Below the pieces are notes generated by a model. It had not been told where the DNA came from. It made no database searches and saw only the letters and a list, made by a program, of their open reading frames with translations. This document shows positions 18,950 through 25,520 of a stretch of DNA of 39,289 nucleotides, in pieces. Position 1 is the first letter of the stretch. The number at the start of each line of letters is the position of its first letter. The position numbers and the translations under genes were made by a program. The stretch spans positions 1 to 39,289 of the IMG/VR virus record IMGVR_UViG_3300018839_000003, one strand, 5' to 3'. Source of the stretch: a virus.

Positions 18950-19393
18950 TCATCCGTATTTAACCGCCTGATAAGCAAACTCTTGCGCCGCATCTGCCGA
19001 ATGGGATACATAGATTTTTCCGTAATAGAACTTTTGCATTTCTCCCGGCTTCACCCAAAAGGCTGTAAATCCCGGGACATCACCAACCCTTAATGGGACT
19101 GTATTGTCCGGGGATGCCTGAATCTCGATGAATGTAACGCCTTGAGAAGATAGATCAATCATCTTTTCTTCTCCTGCCGCCACTTGCCCTTGAACCATCG
19201 CGCCGACTGCCTGCCATTTTGGATGATTGTTGACACCCACACTTCCGGAAACCTTTTGCGTGGCCGGCCAGTTGTTTACATCAACACTCTGCGTGCCGCC
19301 GCCTCCTGCACTTGTAACCGGCAATGGGTTATCTTTTGATACCGTCACAAACGTATCATTGGGCTTGTCATAGAATCTGACACTTCGAGACAT
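18950..19393 (-). CDS. Hypothetical 147-aa protein preceding terS
   Basis: Track ORF. Beta-rich composition, with no motif I recognise. Confidence 0.6.
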   Translation of the reverse strand: MSRSVRFYDKPNDTFVTVSKDNPLPVTSAGGGGTQSVDVNNWPATQKVSGSVGVNNHPKWQAVGAMVQGQVAAGEEKMIDLSSQGVTFIEIQASPDNTVPLRVGDVPGFTAFWVKPGEMQKFYYGKIYVSHSADAAQEFAYQAVKYG

Positions 19394-19399
19394 TCGCCA

Positions 19400-19564
19400 T
19401 CACTCCTTATTGTTTTTCACGCACCGCCCAAACGGACAGACGTATTTATTTCCGGCCCATGTCCCCCACACGCATCCATGACACTTGTGAGTTTTTCGGG
19501 CCGATTCTCTCGCTTTCTCGCGTTCTTCCTCTCGTTTATCCTGTAAATATTGTCGTAGAATCAT
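19400..19564 (-). CDS. Hypothetical 54-aa Cys-rich protein, first ORF of the late operon
   Basis: Hand-translated MILRQYLQDKREEEREKARESARKTHKCHGCVWGTWAGNKYVCPFGRCVKNNKE. AAGGAG RBS 8 nt upstream of the ATG at 19564. Confidence 0.55.
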   Translation of the reverse strand: MILRQYLQDKREEEREKARESARKTHKCHGCVWGTWAGNKYVCPFGRCVKNNKE

Positions 19565-20134
19565 AGTTTTTTCTCCTTTATTTGCTCTGAGCCGCGCCCG
19601 CGCTTGGCGTTAGCCGGTAGTTGTCCCAAGACTTACAGGGCGCGCATCACAACAAACATAAAAAGCGACCTGCATCGTGCAAGCCGCTTGTCGATTCTGC
19701 CCATATACATCACCGCATCGGCTTCGCATGGGCTATTGCATGAAACGCCTAACACGCTTCAAGGAAACTTTTCTACACTTGGCAGATAGTCTGATGCGGC
19801 CCTTGACCCATTCACTTAACCGCTTGCGTCACCCTGAGAACGCAACGCCACCACATAAATTTGGACACCCTAACCCACATCTTCAAGTGCCCTGCTCCGC
19901 CCCACAATTACTACCTATCCCACCGACCCAATGGCCTCTAAAGTGGTTCCATTTGGCTATTCAATAGCCGGGCGTAAGTTCCCATCTATTACAACGCGTG
20001 AAGGCATAAAAAAGAGCGACCCCGCGTATTCGCAGTGCCGCCAAATGTACATAGTTATAGTGATATTGAAAGCTGCCGGGGGAATGACGGCAACTCTCTG
20101 AAAGAGGTGATCGATTGAAAGGGGAAAACCTCTC
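19565..20134 (-). ncRNA. Candidate large structured RNA / long 5' leader of the late operon
   Basis: About 570 nt with no credible ORF on either strand. Visibly more GC-rich than its flanks. Contains many GC-rich hairpins and an internal terminator. Lies between arpU and the first late ORF. Confidence 0.4.
19651..19689 (-). terminator. Intrinsic terminator inside the late leader, about 90 nt upstream of the first late ORF
   Basis: Minus strand AAGCG-g-CTTGCA-cga-TGCAGG-t-CGCTT followed by TTTTATGTTTGTTG. Confidence 0.6.
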
Positions 20135-20141
20135 ACTTAAT

Positions 20142-20213
20142 ATAATAGCACACTATTCGAGAACTTTTCCAAGCCTTTTCCAAGGAAAAAGTAAGCTTTT
20201 CGAGAACTTTTAA
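20142..20213 (-). promoter_or_regulatory. Putative late promoter region: two AAAAGTTCTCGAA repeats, a tandem CTTTTCCAAG repeat and an extended -10 TGCTATTAT
   Basis: Motifs at 20197-20211 and 20156-20168. Tandem 11-mers at 20164-20185. TGCTATTAT (minus strand) at 20142-20150. No canonical -35. Confidence 0.4.
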
Positions 20214-20223
20214 GGTAAAAAAA

Positions 20224-20685
20224 TTATAGTTTCAAGATATTCCCTAGACTTATCAACAGTTTCCCCATTACCTTGTTCCTTACTTCGTTCAAATAGCTTT
20301 CATGGTATCCGGTGATTTCCGCGACTTCTGATAGTCGTTTAAGGTTTATATAACGCTCGACCACAAATAAGCGCTCGTTTTCTTCTAAGTTGTCTATTGC
20401 CCGATCTATCGAATTTACGATGACTTGAAAAATCTCCTTTTCTTGGCGCAGTTCTAAAGCTTCTTTCCCTTCAATGCGGTCGATTGCTGCATCTTCAACC
20501 TTGCTGCGGATGTCAAACGTTCCTGTAGTCCCTTCCCTTGCCTCATATCTTGTCGTAATGCTCGGCATGATGCACTCAAGCTGTTGTTTTATATTCTCGA
20601 TTCCGGCTTTGTAAGACTTGTAATGCCGTAAATGGTTCTCGATTTCTCGGATTTTTGCTTTTCGTTCTTTTTTATCTGAATTCAA
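20224..20685 (-). CDS. ArpU-family (RinA-like) late transcriptional activator
   Basis: Track ORF 20224..20721. The GAGGGGGA RBS favours the TTG at 20685. The sigma-70 region 4-like C-terminus and the position upstream of terS are typical. Confidence 0.75.
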   Translation of the reverse strand: MNSDKKERKAKIREIENHLRHYKSYKAGIENIKQQLECIMPSITTRYEAREGTTGTFDIRSKVEDAAIDRIEGKEALELRQEKEIFQVIVNSIDRAIDNLEENERLFVVERYINLKRLSEVAEITGYHESYLNEVRNKVMGKLLISLGNILKL

Positions 20686-20698
20686 GACTTTTCCCCCT

Positions 20699-20854
20699 CT
20701 ATAACATGATGAATGAAACAATCAGGCTGAACATTGACGATATGCAGATAGCCGTCATGTTATCCCGTAGATTTTTGTTTTCCCTCTCCCCGACCGCTCC
20801 CAAAAACGATAAGACAATTATGAGCAGCAGTATGATTTTGAATGCTATGATCAT
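20699..20854 (-). CDS. Hypothetical 51-aa two-TM membrane peptide
   Basis: Hand-translated MIIAFKIILLLIIVLSFLGAVGERENKNLRDNMTAICISSMFSLIVSFIML. AGGAGG RBS 8 nt upstream. Confidence 0.55.
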   Translation of the reverse strand: MIIAFKIILLLIIVLSFLGAVGERENKNLRDNMTAICISSMFSLIVSFIML

Positions 20855-20940
20855 GCCTTATTCCTCCTGTTTAATATCCAAACCAGTATGTGCCCGACGA
20901 CACACCCCATACCAAACCAAGCAAAAATATCTAATATCAT
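20851..20940 (-). CDS. Hypothetical 29-aa TM peptide (MILDIFAWFGMGCVVGHILVWILNRRNKA)
   Basis: Hand-translated. ATGA overlaps at both ends suggest translational coupling. Confidence 0.35.
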   Translation of the reverse strand: MILDIFAWFGMGCVVGHILVWILNRRNKA

Positions 20941-21203
20941 GCCAAAGCGCCGTCAATTATTAGCCACTCATTTTCTCTTTTGTTAAAATCTCTCACAAGC
21001 TTGCTGACACTTAGTTCAAGCCTATTTTTAAAGGTGAAATCCCCAACGCATCCAAGTGCATATTGTCGACTGACTTCTTTGATGCTATCTTTTAATGTTC
21101 CATCATCATCTGCGGCCACTTCAACATATACCTCCAACGCTTTCTTCTCGTCCTCCGCCGCAATCAAAGCATAATATGGTTCATGGATTTCAAAGTATTT
21201 CAT
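20937..21203 (-). CDS. Hypothetical protein
   Basis: Track ORF of 88 aa, packed in the operon. Confidence 0.6.
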   Translation of the reverse strand: MKYFEIHEPYYALIAAEDEKKALEVYVEVAADDDGTLKDSIKEVSRQYALGCVGDFTFKNRLELSVSKLVRDFNKRENEWLIIDGALA

Positions 21204-21206
21204 CGT

Positions 21207-21455
21207 TCATTCCCCCTTTTTATTAATCACTAATTCGATTTCCGTATCTATCACTTCATGTCCGTTTATTAAGAAACCGCCTTTCGGATGTGCAAAATAC
21301 ATCTTCCCTTGTTTTAATGCATCCAGAAACTCCTCGGCTGCACCCGCCTTCACTTCTTCTGATGGTTCTTCGTCAAAATTAACGTCGCCGATCATCTTAT
21401 ATTCTTTTTTGATACCATTCTTGTAAGTTACATTTATGATCACGTCTAATGTCAT
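21207..21455 (-). CDS. Hypothetical protein
   Basis: Track ORF of 82 aa. Confidence 0.6.
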   Translation of the reverse strand: MTLDVIINVTYKNGIKKEYKMIGDVNFDEEPSEEVKAGAAEEFLDALKQGKMYFAHPKGGFLINGHEVIDTEIELVINKKGE

Positions 21456-21664
21456 TTCTCTTTTCTCCCTTCGATTTCGTCGATCTTCTGTATAGCCGTC
21501 TCGATGTATACTGCTAAATCAATAACTTCTTCTTGAGCGTGCTGCAGCCATCCCCGCAAGCTGTATAAATCCGTTTTGACCTCGGTTCCGTATTTCTCAA
21601 GCCCCTTTTCTTGCTGCTTTTCTATTTTCTCGAATATGCTGTTTATGATCGGGTTTCTCATCAT
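21452..21664 (-). CDS. Hypothetical protein
   Basis: Track ORF of 70 aa with a GAGGAAGG RBS. Overlaps the upstream gene by 68 nt. Confidence 0.55.
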   Translation of the reverse strand: MMRNPIINSIFEKIEKQQEKGLEKYGTEVKTDLYSLRGWLQHAQEEVIDLAVYIETAIQKIDEIEGRKEK

Positions 21665-22115
21665 GCAGACCTTCCTCTCTTATAATTCTACCAACCATGG
21701 CACTGGACATCTTTACGCTTATTTTCTCGGTGATTTCTTTGATCAAAAGCCCCTGATCCAGATATTTTTTGATCTCGGCCAGCAGTTCCGGCGTGCGCTC
21801 GATTTTCTTTGTCATTGGCGGGATGCCGAGACTTCTCTTGTATCTCAAGTAAATAGAAAACGTTTTATACTCGAAAAATTCAGCGATTGCCGGTTCTGTT
21901 AGCCCTTCTTTTCGCTTTTCTTCCCATTCCTCACGAGTGAACTTCTTCCCGTGGCGTATTTTTCCGTTTCTGACACCGTGTCTTTTCTTCCATTGCGCCA
22001 AATGCCAAGGTGAGATATCTAATTCGTCGTATGCAATTTCCTCGTCTGTCATCCTTTTCTCTTTCAACTCAAAATACTGCTCCGGCGTGAAGCCGATTTC
22101 GTCAAGAATGCACAT
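21597..22115 (-). CDS. Hypothetical basic protein, possibly DNA-binding
   Basis: Track ORF 21597..22121. GGGAGG lies 7 nt upstream of the ATG at 22115 (MCILDEIGF...). Confidence 0.55.
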   Translation of the reverse strand: MCILDEIGFTPEQYFELKEKRMTDEEIAYDELDISPWHLAQWKKRHGVRNGKIRHGKKFTREEWEEKRKEGLTEPAIAEFFEYKTFSIYLRYKRSLGIPPMTKKIERTPELLAEIKKYLDQGLLIKEITEKISVKMSSAMVGRIIREEGLHDEKPDHKQHIRENRKAARKGA

Positions 22116-22380
22116 TGCCAAACCTCCCTTGCTCTATAGCCCAAAGTCCCATTCTCACGACTAAATCATATGTTTCGATTTTCCTGATGAAATCGCTGTC
22201 CTTTTTCTCCAATTCGTCGTGTATTTTCTTAAAAAACTGTCTGTATAATCGCAGTTCTTCCCGCATACGCTCGCTTTCTGCTTGTAACGCTCGGTTTTGC
22301 TTGCTTAACTCTATGTTATGGTCAGCTATCCAATTTACTAGATCAACAGCGCTTGATTTTCTACGAAACTGCCTTTTCAT
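22102..22380 (-). CDS. Hypothetical coiled-coil protein
   Basis: Track ORF 22102..22416. The RBS favours the ATG at 22380 (MKRQF...). Confidence 0.55.
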   Translation of the reverse strand: MKRQFRRKSSAVDLVNWIADHNIELSKQNRALQAESERMREELRLYRQFFKKIHDELEKKDSDFIRKIETYDLVVRMGLWAIEQGRFGNVHS

Positions 22381-22538
22381 GCCTTCCGCTCCCTTTTTCC
22401 GCCGTCCCAATCCCAATACTTCAAATGCTCGTCACTCGGGACGATGGGGTGTTTTTTGATGTACGCCTGCCGCTGCTCCTCCGTCATCTTCCACACTATT
22501 ACCTCTCCATGCTTGCTTGAGTTTCTATTTGAAGTCAT
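22377..22538 (-). CDS. Hypothetical 53-aa protein
   Basis: Track ORF 22377..22607. An AAAGGGGAAAAGG RBS precedes the ATG at 22538 (MTSNRN...). Confidence 0.5.
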   Translation of the reverse strand: MTSNRNSSKHGEVIVWKMTEEQRQAYIKKHPIVPSDEHLKYWDWDGGKRERKA

Positions 22539-22701
22539 AACCTTTTCCCCTTTCAGTTTTGTATAGAACGCCGTGCCATCTGCTGAACGGCACTTCCCTT
22601 TTAACATCCTGCTTGCTTATGCCTTCCTCGAAAACGGTAATAACCTGTAGTTTCTCCCTATCAGAATCAATTGCCGACCACTGAACAACGCGCCTTGTCA
22701 T
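22525..22701 (-). CDS. Hypothetical 58-aa protein (MTRRVVQWSAIDSDREKLQVITVFEEG...)
   Basis: Hand-translated. AAGGAGG RBS 6 nt upstream of the ATG at 22701. Confidence 0.55.
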   Translation of the reverse strand: MTRRVVQWSAIDSDREKLQVITVFEEGISKQDVKREVPFSRWHGVLYKTERGKGYDFK

Positions 22702-22713
22702 GCCGTAGCCTCC

Positions 22714-23175
22714 TTAGAACGGCAAATCGTCATCGTTGATATCGATTGGCTTGCCGTCATTGGCAAACGGATCGTCTGGAAAGCTATTCCCCTGCTGCCC
22801 GCTGCTCTGGTTCCGTTCTGCGCCGCCCTGCTGCCTGCTATCAGCCTGACCGCTGCCCTTTGGATCGAGAAACTGCACAGTCTCAACGACAAGCTCTGTT
22901 ACAAACACCTTGCGTCCGCTCTGATCGTCGTAACTTCGTGTTTGGAGACGTCCGTCTACGCCTGCCATCGAACCCTTTTTCAGATGATTCGCAATATTTT
23001 CAGCCGTATTTCTCCAAGCGACACAGTTTATAAAGTCCGCTTCCGTTTCTCCGTTCTTGTTTTTAAATGTCCGATTGACTGCCAATGTAAAGCTGGCAAC
23101 CGCCTGCCCTGTTTGTGTATGTCTCAGTTCCGGGTCTTTTGTTAAGCGCCCGACAAGTACCGTTCTATTCAGCAT
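22714..23175 (-). CDS. ssb: Single-stranded DNA-binding protein
   Basis: [20 protein letters not shown]... OB fold, Gly/Gln-rich linker, C-terminal DDDLPF. Confidence 0.92.
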   Translation of the reverse strand: MLNRTVLVGRLTKDPELRHTQTGQAVASFTLAVNRTFKNKNGETEADFINCVAWRNTAENIANHLKKGSMAGVDGRLQTRSYDDQSGRKVFVTELVVETVQFLDPKGSGQADSRQQGGAERNQSSGQQGNSFPDDPFANDGKPIDINDDDLPF

Positions 23176-23380
23176 CTTTTGCATTCTCCTTTTCTACGAT
23201 TTCTTCCACTGCTTTCATAATGCGCCGCACCACTTTCGACCTGTTGGAATCTCCGGTTAAAAGTAGTTCGATTTCTAATTTTCCGTTAACAATTTTTAAT
23301 CGTTCCTTACCGTCTTTGCTCAAAATTTCATCAGTCCCATGCTTATCCCACCAGATATGGCGGTGTAGTTTAACAGCCAT
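23165..23380 (-). CDS. Hypothetical protein
   Basis: Track ORF of 71 aa. Confidence 0.55.
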   Translation of the reverse strand: MAVKLHRHIWWDKHGTDEILSKDGKERLKIVNGKLEIELLLTGDSNRSKVVRRIMKAVEEIVEKENAKDAE

Positions 23381-23437
23381 TTCCCTTCCACCTTTCGTCT
23401 ATTTCCGACAGGAATCGACATTCTCAGCCGAAATTTT

Positions 23438-23635
23438 TTACCCGCGCTTCTCAAGCGTAGCCCTTACCTTTTTCAAATCGCATTCCTCACCGTCGATCTC
23501 GACATGCTCCAAATCTTCGTTTAAAAAGCCGTAGCGACGTTTTAACTCTATGAGGCTATCTAAACCCCTCCAAAGGGTGTCATGCCCCACAGAGCGCCCG
23601 TATTGGTTCTTATAACGGATGATCAGGCGTTTGAT
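23438..23635 (-). CDS. Possible 65-aa ORF lacking a canonical start (begins at ATC after a GGGGG RBS)
   Basis: Hand-translated IKRLIIRYKNQYGRSVGHDTLWRGLDSLIELKRRYGFLNEDLEHVEIDGEECDLKKVRATLEKRG. It fills an otherwise empty 265-nt gap. Confidence 0.3.
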   Translation of the reverse strand: MKRLIIRYKNQYGRSVGHDTLWRGLDSLIELKRRYGFLNEDLEHVEIDGEECDLKKVRATLEKRG

Positions 23636-23646
23636 ATGATCGCCCC

Positions 23647-24135
23647 CTATTTGAAGCAGTGTTCCAAGTAATCTACCGGAACGCCCCGCCTTGTCCTGAT
23701 CGGATCACAGTTGAATCTAATTTCCTCGTATGGAATTGACTTTCTGCCGCCGTTCTTGGCTGCGTTCCAGTATTCCAAGAAAAACGGGATGCTCACAAAA
23801 TAGAATTCTCTTAATCTCGCGAACTCGATCAACAGGAAGGCAATGCCGCCTTGTTTCAGGAAATGGTCGAGATATTGCACTTGATGATCATGAACGTTTT
23901 TCAGGTCGAATCGTTTTGTTTCTTTGGTGCTTTTCGCATCGAATGCGATGCCGCGCCCTTGCGAAATGCCGTAATAGTCCACCGTGCTTTTTCTCTCGTA
24001 GATGATCCGGCCTTTTATGTTTTTGGATGGCGTAGGGACTTCATCAACCAAAGCCCAGCCCTTTTGTTTGTATACTGCGTTGGTGTTGTTGATCAGCATT
24101 TGCAAAGCCTTTCCGCGATTGGCGTAATTGATCAT
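23647..24135 (-). CDS. recU: RecU-like Holliday junction resolvase
   Basis: 162 aa. The pattern ...VDYYGISQGRGIAFDAKST...FLLIEF... resembles RecU (from memory). Confidence 0.7.
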   Translation of the reverse strand: MINYANRGKALQMLINNTNAVYKQKGWALVDEVPTPSKNIKGRIIYERKSTVDYYGISQGRGIAFDAKSTKETKRFDLKNVHDHQVQYLDHFLKQGGIAFLLIEFARLREFYFVSIPFFLEYWNAAKNGGRKSIPYEEIRFNCDPIRTRRGVPVDYLEHCFK

Positions 24136-24473
24136 TATTCCGCCGCCTCCAATAGTTCAGGATTTTCATAGACTGTTCCGAGATATTTTGAATCCGGCCC
24201 GCAATCGGCAAGAGACTGAAGTAGCCCACCGGGATGTTCCCCATAAAATGCGGCTAGATCGTCGTAAAAAACAACCTTGAAAATTCTACCGAGAGAGTCT
24301 TTTCGGATGTCTCCCTCCCAAATCTCCCGGCCAGTTTCGTCCTTCAATCCGGTGTATTGTCTGACCTTCACCCTTGGATGATCTAAATGTTCATGAAAGA
24401 GTTGTCTAATGCTTTCCCAGTTATACATTTGTTCAGCGTCTAAATCCCATGCCTGAAATTTAATCTCTCTCAT
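24135..24473 (-). CDS. YopX-family phage protein
   Basis: The N-terminus MREIKFQAWD... is characteristic of YopX-like proteins. Confidence 0.7.
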   Translation of the reverse strand: MREIKFQAWDLDAEQMYNWESIRQLFHEHLDHPRVKVRQYTGLKDETGREIWEGDIRKDSLGRIFKVVFYDDLAAFYGEHPGGLLQSLADCGPDSKYLGTVYENPELLEAAE

Positions 24474-24478
24474 TCCCC

Positions 24479-24580
24479 TTACCTCCCGTCATCTTGTAAC
24501 CATTGTTCGATCTGTTTTTCCCTGTATCCGGCCTGCAGCAGGATGGACAGCAGCGCCGGTAGTGCTTTGATCGCTGTCAT
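24479..24580 (-). CDS. Possible 33-aa ORF (MTAIKALPALLSILLQAGYREKQIEQWLQDDGR)
   Basis: Hand-translated. A GGGGA RBS is present. Very short. Confidence 0.3.
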   Translation of the reverse strand: MTAIKALPALLSILLQAGYREKQIEQWLQDDGR

Positions 24581-24585
24581 TTCGC

Positions 24586-24915
24586 CTATCCCCACGCCTG
24601 CTTAAAAGCGTCTTTCAAACTCGGCGGTCGCGTTTCCGTCACCGATCTAACCGGAATACCCACGATGTAAGTCGTGTTTGTTTCTTGGATCAATTCGCGG
24701 TCGTTTTCCTTAACCATTTCTTGAATAAATACCTTTTTGAATAGTCCGCCGTACTGTGAATTGACTTCTTTTTTAATGAATCTCATATCAAATCCCACCA
24801 TTCGAACACTTTTTTCTGCTCCTTCTTTTTCCGCCCGATCAGCCGGACGATGAGTCTTTTGATCTTTTGCATTATTTGATTTCCTCCCGTTTGACGATCT
24901 GGAATAGAAAGACAT
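24586..24915 (-). CDS. Hypothetical protein (start uncertain; the internal ATG at MRFIKKEV has a better RBS)
   Basis: Track ORF of 109 aa with a low-complexity N-terminal third. Confidence 0.5.
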   Translation of the reverse strand: MSFYSRSSNGRKSNNAKDQKTHRPADRAEKEGAEKSVRMVGFDMRFIKKEVNSQYGGLFKKVFIQEMVKENDRELIQETNTTYIVGIPVRSVTETRPPSLKDAFKQAWG

Positions 24916-25054
24916 ATTCGGGTAGGTCTTCTCTGTCCAAAAATTCGGATATGTCTTTTGACGCCTGATTATAATCTTTCAAGGCAGTTTCTTCCTTATC
25001 GTAAAATTCAACTGCACCTGTGAATGTGTCGTACACCGCGTATTTTTCGCTCAT
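24872..25054 (-). CDS. Hypothetical protein
   Basis: Track ORF of 60 aa. Confidence 0.5.
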   Translation of the reverse strand: MSEKYAVYDTFTGAVEFYDKEETALKDYNQASKDISEFLDREDLPEYVFLFQIVKREEIK

Positions 25055-25341
25055 CCCTCTACCTCCTGAATGCGTTTTAATTCGCTTGTAAGCTCTTCAA
25101 ACCACTGCCTATCCTTTACGTCTAGGGCGACGTTTATCAACGCTCTGACGTCCGCCTGCGTGTATTTTGGCGCGTTTCTTGGTGATAGTTTCGTTAAGGT
25201 TACTTCGTGCCATGTTGCTGTGAATCCGTTCATTTTCAGAACCAAAATATTGCTGCCTTCTGAATGAAGCACGTACCCGCACGCTTTTTGCGGGGTCTTT
25301 TTGAAGGCAACCCAGTCGCCCGGCGCGAATCTCCTAAACAT
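25051..25341 (-). CDS. Hypothetical protein
   Basis: Track ORF 25051..25368. A TAATG overlap favours the ATG at 25341 (MFRRF...). Confidence 0.55.
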   Translation of the reverse strand: MFRRFAPGDWVAFKKTPQKACGYVLHSEGSNILVLKMNGFTATWHEVTLTKLSPRNAPKYTQADVRALINVALDVKDRQWFEELTSELKRIQEVEG

Positions 25342-25508
25342 TATGCGCTCTTCTCCTGCTGCTGCCATGCTGCTATTTTTGCCTCTAGCTGCTCGATGAT
25401 GTTGGTTAAGTCTTGTTTCTCAATCTTGCAATTCGGGCAGGCATGGAATGCGACCATGCTGGAATTTTCTACCCTGACAACCTTCTGACCGCTACATAAA
25501 TTACACAC
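25341..25508 (-). CDS. Hypothetical 55-aa zinc-ribbon protein (CNLC...CPNC), GTG start
   Basis: Hand-translated. GAGGAGGAG RBS upstream of the GTG at 25508. Confidence 0.5.
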   Translation of the reverse strand: MCNLCSGQKVVRVENSSMVAFHACPNCKIEKQDLTNIIEQLEAKIAAWQQQEKSA

Positions 25509-25520
25509 GTTGGCTCCTCC

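Noticed and set aside
19604-19967. Track ORFs 19604..19789 and 19677..19967 (plus strand) as genes in the late leader region
   Set aside because: They have no RBS and run opposite to every neighbouring gene. Their translations are rich in His, Pro, Arg and Cys and look like random GC-rich sequence.
20156-20211. GTTCTCGAA motifs as Spo0A (0A) boxes
   Set aside because: The core has C where the 0A box TGTCGAA has the conserved G. The resemblance is a single-mismatch match to a 7-mer, which is too weak to claim. It is kept only as an alternative to test.
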